This document shows positions 25,894 through 39,648 of a stretch of 64,000 bases of DNA, piece by piece. Both the position numbers and the translations under genes were made by a program. The notes beneath the pieces are model-generated. The model was not told the origin of the DNA. It did no database searches and worked only from the letters and a program-made list of their open reading frames with translations. Within the stretch, counting starts at the first letter, position 1. Each line of letters opens with the position of its first letter. This DNA is from Octopus sinensis (lineage: Eukaryota). The DNA lies in the NCBI RefSeq assembly GCF_006345805.1, contig NC_043004.1, forward strand, positions 86,180,001 to 86,244,000. Direction: 5' to 3'.

Positions 25894-27000
25894 ACAACAA
25901 TATCAATAAAAAAACTTATCAACAACAGCATATTACCAACATTATCATTATCATTTAGCATTATTACTACAAACCATCACAATTACCATCACCATCACCA
26001 TCATAGTCCTCCTCATCATCATTATCATCGTCGTCATCATCATCATCATCATCATCAATATATCGTTGTCATTGTTATCATTAATGTCATCATCATCATC
26101 ATTACCATCGCCGTCATAGTCCACCTCCTCGTCATCATCATCATCATCATCATAATCATCGTCATCGTTGGCACCACCACCACCACCACCGTCACCAACA
26201 CCGTCACCACCAGCATAGCAACCACAACAGCAACAACAGCATCGTCACCTTAACCACCACAACCACCACCACCACCACCACCATACCACCATCATCATCG
26301 CCATCCCCTCTACCACCGCAGTCACGACATCATCACGATCAGCAACATCAATAAACGGTTAACAAGCTTCAGGGCTTAACAGCAACAACAACAACAACAA
26401 CAACAACACAGCAGCAATAGCAGCAGCGCATACAACACCATAGCAACAACAGCAGCGGTAACAGCAGCAGCAGACACAACAACAATAACAATAACAACAC
26501 TATTAACAGAACCATCACAACTAGGTATTCCACCACCACCACCACCACCACCGCCGCCGCCAACATCATCATCATTATTAACGGCACCACTTCCGCCACC
26601 ACCACCACCACCATCGCCATCATCATCATTAACGGCACCGTCGCCACCTCCACCGCCGCCATCATCATCATCATTATTAAGGGCACCCTTGCTCCACCGC
26701 CACCGCTACCGGCTCTCTCATGCCGTCCGCGACCACCGTCATTAAGCACCGCCGCCTCCACCACCAGATACAACCACCACCACCACCACAACACCAACAC
26801 CACTAACACACACCCTTCACTAGCAACCATCTGCACTCCACTGCACCTCCCACCGCCACCATCACTACTACTACTACTACTACTATAATCACGCTGAAAC
26901 ATCAACAAACGCGATACGAACCATCGCCAGAGCCACAACGTGGTCGGTTTGATGTAGAAGAAATAGCAGCCAAAACACACTGAAAACAAAGACAAAATCG
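21480..27000. repeat. ~5.5-kb mosaic of trinucleotide microsatellites ((TTC)n, (ACT)n, (CAT)n, (AGT)n, (CAC)n, (GCA)n)
   Basis: Directly visible; internal block duplications at ~24050-24430 and ~25275/25687. Confidence 0.95.
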
Positions 27001-27221
27001 CAGGATACATATTTCGGATATTATTTATATAGCGTTAACATTCACTGCTCGACTGAAAAGACGGGATGGTCACAACTGGACCGCCTTGTCTACGTCAACA
27101 ACATCTAGATCAACAACAACAACAGACAACACAATCAGTATCACAACACTAGCGCAGAGAGAGAGACACAGAGATACTCAGCCATCCCCGTAACCCATAT
27201 ATATATATATATATATATAAT

Positions 27222-27270
<49 letters not shown>

Positions 27271-27748
27271 TATATATATACATATATATACTAGCAGTAT
27301 TCTGAGAAGTGCACAATTTTGACACACACACACACACTCAATATTACATATACACAGGCGCATGCATATATATATAAATATATACATACTACACACGCAC
27401 ACGCGTATACCCATTTGTACACACCCACAATCCGCATATACATACTTATATATAAACATACCCACCCACATATAAATTACATACCTCTCTCTCTTTCTCT
27501 TTTTTCTCTCAATATATATATATAATATATATATTATATATATATATATATTATTATATATATATATTCGTGTGTGAGGCAACATACCTTACTTTGAACG
27601 TCCACACCTTCTAACTATACATATTATAACACACGCAACATCCGATTATACATCCACAAACGCACCTTCTACTCTCACATATACACACCCTTCAGAAAAG
27701 ATTAAGATACATATATATACACACACCATACATATATATATTATATAT

Positions 27749-27780
<32 letters not shown>

Positions 27781-28320
27781 CATGAACACAAGGGTTATAA
27801 AAGGAAGATCTGTTATTTCTTTCTAGAAATAACAGCTAAATCTCCCTCAAATTAAATCCTGTATTCTTCATAAGTATAGACAGACAAAGTGAGAAAAAAA
27901 AATTGACTAATGTGGACCCTGTTAGAAGAAACGTCGGGAGGGTCACTAATGGAACGCGTTTGATCATATCTCTTGTTTGTCCACAGAACCTCTACACATG
28001 TAAACACCACCCTGAGAACAACGTCTAGACAGACAGATTTGGCTGTGTGTCTGCAAACATAAATATATACATTCTGTGTGACACACATTCACAAACACAC
28101 TGTCGTTTATATGTACGCATGTATATACATTTGTATGTATATGTATATATGTATCTATATACACCCACCCAATCAGAACCAACCAGCCTGCACGCCAGCC
28201 AACCGCTCTCCAACTTAAACCAAAGTCGCTTGTATTGTTGTTAAGCGCGAGTAAACCCGTGCTGGAACGGTCACTGCGTGATAATTAACGCTGCCAGTAC
28301 AAACACAAATACACACACAG

Positions 28321-28361
<41 letters not shown>

Positions 28362-28969
28362 TAATTACATACATACATTCATATATACTTACATACATAT
28401 ATATATATATATGCATATACACTTACGACTTTATATACACACTTTTGAAGTTGAATGAAAATATAGACTTAAGCAGCGTCGAGTCTTGTACATAGCACTT
28501 GTCATATATATATATTTACATCTCTCTCTCTCTCACTCTCTTTCTCTCTCGTTATACATATATACATACATACCTTCGCGTAAATATATATTTATATACA
28601 TACATTCTTGTGAAGTTATTGAATGATTATTTTTGAAATTACTCTGTATCATTGAGTACCGTGTTTAAAAAAAAAACACTTGTCAAATATATATATACAT
28701 ACACCAATTATTTATAATAATATATATATATATACATATACATATATATATGCACACGCACACTGTCTAAATACATGTTTCCACGTATCTCTGAAGTTGT
28801 TGAATAAAAACAATTTTTGAAAGTCACTCTTAAGTTTTGATGCATAAATAAAACTTCCCCCAAATATATACACACACACACACACGTATATACATAGATA
28901 CAGTCTATATATATATATGTATTTATATGTATATATATCTCCACATGGAATAACTACCGAACTATAAAC

Positions 28970-29049
28970 ATGGATGTTTTACTAAACCGGATCTTTTTCT
29001 TCCTCTTTTTCATCCCACCGTTGTTGGCTGCCACAGACGCTGACAAAAG
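28970..29049 (+). CDS. Candidate first coding exon: signal peptide MDVLLNRIFFFLFFIPPLLAATDADK
   Basis: aaacATGg start context, hydrophobic core followed by small residues, canonical AG|GTAAGT donor at 29050; ends in phase 2. Not in the ORF track (too short). Confidence 0.55.
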
Positions 29050-29323
29050 GTAAGTGATGACAAATGTATTTCTTTTAATTAATTAACTAATTAATCCTTT
29101 ACTTTGGTAATTAGCAATAATTGTTGTTGTTGTTGTTGTTGTTTATTGATTGTTTTTTGGGGAGGTTTTTTTTCTTGGTTTTCTTTCTACATAAATGTTC
29201 GCAGTAACTGCGCGCGTATTGCTTGTTGTCATGCTCGGAGTAGAAGACTATTTGGCGTGAGAACGTGTGTATATGTGACAATATACGCAATGTATGGTCT
29301 ATTTGTGTATGTGGTGTGTGTAT

Positions 29324-29354
<31 letters not shown>

Positions 29355-29555
29355 CGAAGAGAAATATAGAGCTCAAAATAAGTTTCTATGTATGTGTGTG
29401 TATGAAATTCATTCACACGAAACTATGGCACCTTGAGTCACCCTGTAGCTTTTGCCGACTATTAAGAAAAAATGCATATATTCCCATGTTTTGAGTTTTG
29501 TTTTCTTGCTGGCATCATCAAACCTAAATATATGAACGTATGCAAGTGTGTATGC

Positions 29556-29589
<34 letters not shown>

Positions 29590-29615
29590 ATAGATACATA
29601 CATACATGTTTGTTG

Positions 29616-29653
<38 letters not shown>

Positions 29654-30040
29654 ATATATATATTATATATACACATATATACATATGTATATATATGTAA
29701 ATAGATACATACATACATGCTTGTTTATATATGTGTGTACATAAATATATATGTATGTATGTATGTGTGTGTGTATGTATGTATGTATGTATGTATGTAT
29801 GTATGTATGTATGTATGTATGTATGTATGTATGTATGTGTAAATGTAAATTATATGTATTTAAAGCTCGTTTAACTCATGCCTTCCAAAATACAGCCATG
29901 CTTGTCCATATCCCTGTAAATATGTACATATGTGAGTATGTATGTGTGTGGGTAAAATCATCTATGTATATATATACACATATGCATTGCTCATTTTGCA
30001 TTTGCCTACTATAACTGTATGTGTGTGTGTGTGTGTTGTG

Positions 30041-30071
<31 letters not shown>

Positions 30072-30497
30072 CCTTATATACATTTTTGTATGTTTAGACA
30101 ACTGTTTCTTCAATATTTGTTTTATTTTTATATACCACTCAACCGTGACCAAATTTTTCATAACAATTTCTCTCCAAAACTTATATTCATTTATTATTAT
30201 TTGTTTCTTAAACTATAAAAGCAGTTTTGTACACAGCACAATTTATTGTTTAACATTAACGAATGTGATATTAATATACTTTAAATTTTTATCAAGAAAA
30301 ATATGCCTTTGAAAAACAAACAACATTGACAAAATAATGAATAACTGTTTCAATTCTTTCAACCAAATTTCTCAACTGGAATCAGTCACCAAATTTCGCG
30401 CTGGAATCGTGAAATTCTACCCTATATAAAGATATGCTGGTTTATATATTAACTATGTATATATATATGTATGTATATATGTGTGTATGTATGTATG

Positions 30498-30531
<34 letters not shown>

Positions 30532-30585
30532 TGTATGTATGTATGTATGTATGGATGGATGGATGGATGGATGGATGTATGGATG

Positions 30586-30616
<31 letters not shown>

Positions 30617-30782
30617 TATGTATGTGTATTCGTTGCGTTGTTGGGTGTTTAGTTACGTCCCCTGTAAGTACAGAAATCGAAATCTGTTAAAAGTACACTC
30701 AGCCTTTCATTTCCCTCGGAGCTGATCGATAGATTAAGTACCAGTCACACAGCAGGGTCTCTGATATAATCCCTCTGATATA

Positions 30783-30848
30783 ACCTCTTTCACTACAACC
30801 CGCTTTCACTACAACCCGCTTTCACTACAACCCGCTTTCACTACAACC
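30783..30848 (+). repeat. 16-bp tandem repeat (tttcactacaacccgc) x ~4
   Basis: Directly visible. Confidence 0.9.
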
Positions 30849-31315
30849 AAAATGGGAGGCATTCTGTAATTCCGGTTGCAATCATGGCTATCCTTACTGC
30901 TACTACTATGAAATATATATCATATGTATTGTATATATTGCATACATTATATATATATATATATATAATTTTTTAAAAAACGTGTAGTAAAGAAATAAAC
31001 GAGCATATACTAAATGCACAGACGGACAGAAAACATAAAAGATCACCAATTCTTCTGCATTAGTTGTCGACCAAAGTGTCAAACGCAATTTCATCCATTA
31101 TCGATAATTTTATATATGTATGTATGTGAGTCGACATAAAATCTATCAAGCTGAGCATGCATATACGTGTATATGCATGTAGTATATATACAGTGTGTGT
31201 ATGTATGTATGTATGTAGTATGTTGTATGTATGTATGTAGTATGTATGTATGTATGTATATGTATATTATATTTATAATATATATATATATATAATATAT
31301 ATATAATATACATAT

Positions 31316-31373
<58 letters not shown>

Positions 31374-31782
31374 TACACGAACTATGTTCAACTACTTTTC
31401 GCTCAGCAACTTAACTGACAGTATAGCAATTTGATCAGCTTGTATGCACATATATAGAGACAATACATAGACGCATACATACATGCACACACACACACAC
31501 TCACACACACACATGTATGTATGTATGCATATTTGTATCGATTGGAATTCTTTGAGAGTTGTGCGAGATAGATAAATATCGATTATCATTTATTGGCGCT
31601 AAACCAATTTCCTACATACAAGCAGAACTGATTAAGTCAGCACATTGAATAATTCTTGCATGGGAGCTGGTGGCATTCATGCCTCCCCCAATGGCAGAAT
31701 CAATATAAATGAAATGAAATTTGTTTCAAATATGTCGATATGATGTGGGGTTATTTTGAATATTATTCCTTTCACACACACA

Positions 31783-31841
<59 letters not shown>

Positions 31842-32214
31842 ATCCACCCTCATCTACAGGGATGTGTGACGGAGGGGGAGCAATGTATGTCTTACTTAAG
31901 AAGGTATCGCACAGGCCGGCTCGAGAATTGAACACACGACCCTGCGATTGAAAACCCAACACAAGAACCCCAAAGACATGTACCTTTTCCAGGTATATAT
32001 GTGTGGTTGTTTGTGTGTATATGTGTGTGTGTATATGCGTTCGATGGAGTTGAAAGTTTGTATTTATATGACATATATATATATGTGTGTGCGTGTGTTG
32101 ATATATACATATATATATGTATATATATATATGTGTGTGTGTGTGTGTATATGCGTGTATGTATATGTATATGCACACATATATACATATACACACACAT
32201 ATAGGCATATGCGT

Positions 32215-32283
<69 letters not shown>

Positions 32284-32324
32284 TAGATAGATAGATGATA
32301 GATGGATTTATGGATGGATGGATG

Positions 32325-32355
<31 letters not shown>

Positions 32356-32368
32356 GGATAGATGGATG

Positions 32369-32403
<35 letters not shown>

Positions 32404-32408
32404 GGATG

Positions 32409-32478
<70 letters not shown>

Positions 32479-33399
32479 AAGATAGATAGATAGCTTATTT
32501 CACCAACGCGTGCTTATTTGGTTATACACATAAACGCGCATACATGCGCAAGTATGCACACGACTTATTTTATATACATATATATATATATATATATACA
32601 TGCACATATATATAAATATAAGATATACATACATAAATACATACGTATATATGCAAGCATGGCTACAACCTATCTTCTTCAGTGATTGATCAATTAGTCA
32701 ATTAATCGATCAATCAGTTCGTTTTAATCTATGCTTCTATTATATTTTAGTGTAAAATTGTGTGTGTATATGTATGCTTGCGAATGTTTATGTCTGTGAG
32801 TGTGTGTGTGTGTATGTATGTGATGTGTACGGTGTGTGTTTGTGCGTATCTTCAGTAGCATGTTTTGTCAACATTAGAAAACGATACACGCGTGTCGCGT
32901 CTGCGCGCAGTCACGTGTGTGCGTTTACTTGCAGGCGTGTGTGTGTGTGTGTGGCTTAAATGTAATAAATGCTCATGTGTGTGTGTGTGTGTGTTGTGTG
33001 TGTGTGTTGATCGAATGAATAGATTCAGCGGTTGCCGCTTTATGTATGTCTGCGTGCGCTTGAATGCGTGCGTGTATCTTTGCATCGGTCATTGGACTGC
33101 GGCCATGCTGGAGCACCACCTCGAACGGTTTTGATCGAACAAATCGACCCCAGTACTCTATAAGCGCGTTCCTATTGCTGTATTGGTGCCTGTTCAGCAC
33201 CATATTGATCTTGGCTGGTCTTTTTTTCTTTTTCTTTTTCTTTTTGCGAATAGTGTACATCAGCAATTATTAACTATCGTATAAGGTTTTAGAGAATGAT
33301 TAGATGTGGTTATTATCTCTAGCCGGTTGAGAGACCACATTGAGTCTCCCTTTTAGTGTTCGTAAGGAAAACGTTTCACATATTTCTGTCTTATATTGC

Positions 33400-33725
33400 T
33401 TATTTAAATATTCTGTCAGACATTCCATCGAACATTACATCAGACTCTTCACATACTTATTCAAGTACTCTATCAAACATCCCATCATACGTTAAACTAG
33501 AGATTCTTTCAGACATTTCATCAAACATTCCATCAGACATGACACTCCATCAAACATTAAATCAAACAAGAAAATCTCATCAGACATTCCATTAGACATT
33601 TCATTAAACAATTAGTCAGTTGCACCAGATATTCCATTCTGGCATTACACTAGAAATTAACAGACGTCTATAACAAGACATTATCAAATATCTGTCATTA
33701 TCAAACATTCCATCAGGCGTTCAAT
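33400..33725 (+). repeat. Degenerate 12-bp minisatellite (acattccatcar)
   Basis: Recurring acattccatcag/aaacatt units. Confidence 0.7.
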
Positions 33726-35209
33726 ATTCTAGTTTAATCGATTTCCTATGCATAGGTGATTCATGTATACGAAATTCTGCAAACCAGTTGAGCTGTATGG
33801 CGCTACGCCTTAGTGAACACCACGTGCTCACGTATGTTGTTGTTTGCCCAGGACATTTAGATCCAGAAAGCCTACGACCAAGGCGTTCTAATCATGACCC
33901 TCTCTCCACATTTTCAGGTACAGTGTATTCTGGAGTTATATTATGAAATGGTTACTTTTATTAAAGACAGTAATGCTATCACTTGACGGAAACTCGGCTG
34001 CTGTTTCTTGCAAGTCGAGTGGCATCGTACAGTCTCCTTCGAGAGTTTATGTAGTTCTACAGTGTTTATGCGTGGAGATAGAGAGAGAGAGGGGAGGAGA
34101 CACGGAGAGACACACAGAGAGAAAGGGATAGAGAATGAGTGAGGGAGTGAGTGAGAAAGGGAGTACGTGAATGGTGTATGTTTGTGATGTCAGTCAATAG
34201 TTCATGTATGTGTATTGTATGCAGTTAATGTAACGTATATGTGTATATGCGTGTGTGAGTCGGTAGTAAAAAAAAACTCTAGGAAGAGGTGAAAAGCAGG
34301 AAGGTCTTCAGATTGTTTTGGCCCTTAACTCCTTACATTCTAAGGATAACGATCCACGTCTAGGTCTTCACTCCTAGATACCCCTCTGCTTTCCCATTCC
34401 GTGCTATTGTCTGCATTGCAAGCTGCACCTCCCAGAAACACAAGGTGCCTCGGTACCTTTGATGTGGTAACCATTCTGGTCTAAGACACCAACAGAACGT
34501 AGGGTAAATTATCTCATAAAACTCACTTTTATTCCACTTTGGTCATATCCTATTACATAGTCGTCAACATGTTCTAGCGAATAAAAACCAAAATTTCAGG
34601 GAGAGTCGAACAATAAAAGGTATTCATAAAAGAATACCCCTCACCGCTAATACAAATGATTTGGCCCTTAATTTCTTACACTTTAAGGGGATCTAGGCCA
34701 CATCGAGGTCATGACTTTTAGATACCTTTCTACTGTCACATTCTGTGCTACTGTCTGCATTGTAACCTGCTTAAATGGTTAAAGTACCCCATAGCCTAGG
34801 GACCCTGAATGTTGTAACCATTTCAAACCAAGACGCCATTTGACTGTAGGGTAAACCATAGCTTTTGAAATTCCCTTCCATACCTCCTTGACCAGATCCA
34901 GTTGGAATACATCTGCACAAGGATTCATCACAATTTATATCAAAATATCAAATCCACATGTACAATGTACGTATCCATTGATGTCTTGCGGCCTCTGTCT
35001 CGATATCACTCACACACTGCTGTGTGGATTTAGTTTAATGTAACCCAATACTGTCCCTATAGCACTGGTCAGTGTGAGGTTAATCTTGGAAGCAATACAA
35101 TGTGCCGGCCGATTCTGGAACCACGTGGTCACCAAATTCATATGTATATAACCAAACCACTGTGTTTGGTGGTGTCTATGTGCTGAAATAGAAACACACA
35201 TACCTATGC

Positions 35210-35253
<44 letters not shown>

Positions 35254-35256
<3 letters not shown>

Positions 35257-35394
35257 ATAAGAGGGATCAGCCATCTGAATGTGGCTAGGGTCAGGGCAGG
35301 GTGGTGGGGGTGTTACTGATGCATTTAGCCCCGTAACACCCCCACCACCCCGCCCTGACCCTAGCCACATCAGATGGCTGATCCCTCTTATGTT
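35254..35394. repeat. Near-perfect 141-nt foldback (62-63-bp arms, 16-nt loop)
   Basis: 35254-35316 is the reverse complement of 35333-35394 apart from one bulge and one mismatch; flanked by TA-rich sequence. Confidence 0.95.
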
Positions 35395-35791
35395 ATAGAG
35401 CAGTTACTGTTTATATCTCGCCCAGAGATTTATTATTGTTTATATATATATATATGGTGGGGGGAGTGGACAAACGAAAGCGAGAGGCACTCAACATATT
35501 GAGCAGGGGTTATATTATTATCTAAAATACCGAATCAAGTTTTTAAATAATGAAGTAGCGGCAGTAATAATTATTTCTACTCCAGGCACAAGGCCTTGAG
35601 AATTGGGGGGGGGGAGAAAGGGGGCTAGTCGATTATATCGACCCCAGTGCGTAACTGGTACTTATTTCATCGACCCCCTATCCCCGACCACGGCTGAACT
35701 TGAACTCAGAACGTAGCGACGGGCGAAATACCGCTAAGCATTTCGCCCCAGGGTGCTAACGTTTCTGTCAGCTTGCCGCCTTAGTAGTAGC

Positions 35792-35846
<55 letters not shown>

Positions 35847-35954
35847 TGTGTTTGCGTGTGTATAAACAAACCGACGTATATACACACATGCATGTGTGCT
35901 TCCATAGATGCAAATACTTCCATACATACATATGAGAGTATCTACATATGTATG

Positions 35955-35985
<31 letters not shown>

Positions 35986-36349
35986 CCCATTACATGCATA
36001 GTTTCCTCCCACAAACACACGCGGTTTATATTTATGAGAATCTTTCTTTTAATTGCCCTACAATACATTACGTGTTTCATATTCGTGAAAGTAAAATGCA
36101 TGGGAACCATTTAATCGCTCCACCCTTCTCCTTACATTCTATTCTCTCTCTCTCTCTCTCTCTCCATTTTCTCCTCCCTCCTCTCTCTCTCTCCCTCTAT
36201 TTATCTATCTGTTTATCTATCTCTGTCTCCAAATATCTATCATATTCTTTGCACAAACACATACATAAATTCTATTTTTTACTTTTTTTTTTCACATTAT
36301 ATATCGGCATCGCTTGTTGACAAACGCCTCATATACGTATATAAAGATA

Positions 36350-36760
36350 TATAGGCGCAGGCATATATGTGTGTGTTGTAAGAAGATTGCTTCCCAACCA
36401 CATGGTTCCGGGTTCAGTTCCACTGCGCGGCACCTTGGGCAAGTGGCTTCAACTATAGCCTAGTGCCACATAAAGCCTTCTGAGTGAATTTGGTAGACGG
36501 AAACTGAAAGAAGCCCGTCGTATATACATAAATATGTGGGTTTGGGGTGTATTTGTGTGTTGATGTTTGTCCCCCTACCATCAATTGACAACCGATGCTG
36601 GTGTGTTTACATCCCCGCAAAATTAGCGGTTCGGCAATACAGACCAATAAAATAAATGTTAGGCTTACAAAGAATAAGTCTTCGAGTCGATTTGCGCGAC
36701 TAAAGACAGTGCTCCAGCATGGCCGCAGTAAAATAACTGAAGCAAGTAAAAGAATAGAAG
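36350..36760 (+). mobile_element. SINE family A, near full length
   Basis: Head ttgcttcccaaccacatggttccgggttcagttccactgcg, body ..gtagacggaaactgaaagaagcccgtcg.., tail gtgctccagcatggccgcag..aagtaaaaga. Confidence 0.85.
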
Positions 36761-37070
36761 ACTAAAAGAATATGCATACAAAATTATGTTTCCCCGCAAA
36801 AAGTGTTTTCATTATAAAAGTTTTGCTGTAAATATTTTGGTGTCTATTTTCACAAAATGAGTTTTGCGCACGCGCACACGCACGCGCCTACATAATCAAA
36901 CGTTACTGACCGGCTTACGCTTGCATCAGCTTCAGAAAGTTTACAGCATATTCTTCAATGCGATCTTTAGCCTGTATATGCATGTATGTATGTATGTATG
37001 TATGTATGTATATTCTTTTATTTTCTTCGTCCATTTTATGCCTCTACCTCTAAGGGCGTTTTTTTTCCGA

Positions 37071-37145
37071 TGGCCAGATAACTGAAGAGATGGCACCGTG
37101 GATTTCTACCCCGACGTCCGAAACTCAGGAGTTTTATCATGGCTA
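37071..37145 (+). ncRNA. Type I hammerhead ribozyme motif (Penelope-like)
   Basis: Stem I tggccagataa/ttatc(a)tggcta (11 bp, 1 bulge); CUGAAGA 37082-37088; imperfect stem II; GAAA 37120-37123; stem III ACUC-AG-GAGU; cleavage triplet GUU (37131-37133). Confidence 0.7.
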
Positions 37146-38437
37146 CCGAATAATTGTCACATATTACATTTACCGATATATATATATATAAATGGAGTTA
37201 AACGCAGGTGTTATTCAAATTCTTTTACTTCCTTCCTACAAATGTTTCGAAGATGTCATTGGTATTATTCCAAAGGAATAAAATAGTGTAAAACAGTGTA
37301 GTCTTCTCTTCAGGAAAATGAAGAAATAAAACTCGTCAGTAAGACATTTTAGCATTGCTACACTGGTAACTGTTTATCTATTTTTTTCACGTTAATTGTA
37401 AACAATTAACATGATATATATATTGTATGTGTGTATATATATTTATTTATATATATATTATATATATGTGTGTGTGTGTGTGTATATGTATGTATTATAT
37501 GCATAATAAATATATCATGTATATGATATATATATTATATATATACACACATACACACATATATGTATATATATTATACACATCTACATGCACATATACA
37601 TACATTTGAAAAATATACATTCATTTGAAAAATGAATAACAAATTGTATAAAACAACTATATCATTGGCAAGCCTCTTTGAGATCGCTTAGTCAACTAAA
37701 ACTAGTGAAGGAAAAAACTTTTTCAAACCGTGGAATAACGTAATTCCTGCTGTGCTGGTGATGTCTAACCGACTGAAGCGTGTCGTTATTTATTCCCCTT
37801 TAGTAGCTAAATTACTCTTAAATTGCTTGTTACCGTCTTTCAAAAATGTCTGAAATGTAAGACGGAGAAGTCGCGGCTGGAACGCCATTGATAACAGGTC
37901 TGCTTTGTCAGAGCTGAGATGGAAGCTAAACAACAACACTCACACACACACATACACACACATATATATATATTATACACGCACACACATACACACAAGC
38001 ACACACATGCATACACACACACACACACCCGCACACACACATTCTAAAACAAAAGACCTATTTACTACGCCATAACAAACAAGTAAATAAATAAATAAAA
38101 TCGATAAACTTGCCCTAAAGGCAACAGCATTACTGAGATACTTGGCGCTGCAGAAGCTCTGGGTCAAAGTTCAAACATGACGTTATCCTACCCCCACTCC
38201 CAACAACCTCGGCACACGTAACCTCCGACCTCTGACCCCCTCGATCCGACCCGTCCCACCCTCCCACCCCCACCTATTCCATTTTTGTTTCACTCCTCTT
38301 TTCTTTCTACGCTTTGTATACTTTATACATTATACACGATTCTTTCAAAACCACTGCATTACGTGCAATATAAATTGGTCGGTTATTGAGTTGGCTGTCT
38401 GGAATACTTGAAATGGTGAAATGTGTGTGACTATCCA

Positions 38438-38483
<46 letters not shown>

Positions 38484-38507
38484 CATCCATCCATAAATCC
38501 ATCTATC

Positions 38508-38539
<32 letters not shown>

Positions 38540-38551
38540 ATCTATCTATCT

Positions 38552-38635
<84 letters not shown>

Positions 38636-38830
38636 CTTCTTCTTTCTTTTTCTTTCTTTCTTTCTATCTATCTGTCCATCTATCTATCTTTTTATCTATC
38701 TATCTGTCTGTCTGTTGTCTATCTGTCTGTCTGTCTGTTTGTCTATCTATTATCTGTCTATCTATCTATCCATCTATCTATCTCTCTACCCCCCCTCTCT
38801 CTCTCCATACACACACACACACACACACAC

Positions 38831-38921
<91 letters not shown>

Positions 38922-39572
38922 CCACGTACGCACATCTGTGTAGAAATTTACGTAAGTACGTAAGGATGTATGTATGTATTTATTTATAAATGCATGCGTT
39001 CGTATAAGCGCATACTTTAAAGTGCCTTTACGTATACGCGCATGCTTGTATGTAAGTATATATGTTTGCGTATGCGACACAATGTATGTATATATGTATG
39101 TATGTATGTATGTATGTACGTATATATGTATGTATGTATGTACGTACGTATGTATGTATGTATGTATGTATGTATGTCATTTAAATACATGTGTACATAA
39201 TTCGTCTATAATATTTGTATATGAATGTATAAGTGCGTGCTTCTATGATTAGCAAATATACAGACATTCAGAGCATGTATTCTCGTTATGAACGTGTCTA
39301 CACGGAGACGTGCCTTGAATGTGCGTACATTCGTCTGTTACATGGATGTGTATATATCCGTTTGTTACGTGTGTTACGAGTAATATATGGACTTGCTAGC
39401 GCAGCATTGAATCTCGCTAAGTGATTTCACCAAGTGCTCGTAATAGAAGGAAAATTGCAACAAATAAACAGCCGCATACATACATATATACATACAGGCA
39501 TACTTACTTACATACCTGCATATATGCATATATATACATACACATATGCATTCATAACCACATACGTACATG

Positions 39573-39604
<32 letters not shown>

Positions 39605-39617
39605 CATACACGCATAC

Positions 39618-39648
<31 letters not shown>

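Noticed and set aside
21346-27010. Long ORFs in the triplet-repeat region (e.g. 21346..22677, 443 aa; 26369..27010)
   Set aside because: Homopolymeric translations of microsatellites; stop-free only because of the repeat composition; no domains or splice context.
30783-30848. Regular short repeats as a CRISPR-like array
   Set aside because: Contiguous 16-bp units with no spacers, in eukaryotic context; a simple minisatellite.
33918-34131. Acceptor tttcag at 33918 and ORF MKWLLLLKTVMLSLDGNSAA as a possible exon
   Set aside because: Frame-compatible but there is no convincing donor, the ORF runs into (GA)n, and it has no domain similarity.
34320-34350. Twister-ribozyme resemblance of ccctTAActcc
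   Set aside because: Only the first motif matches; the T1/T2 pseudoknot and P4 elements could not be found.
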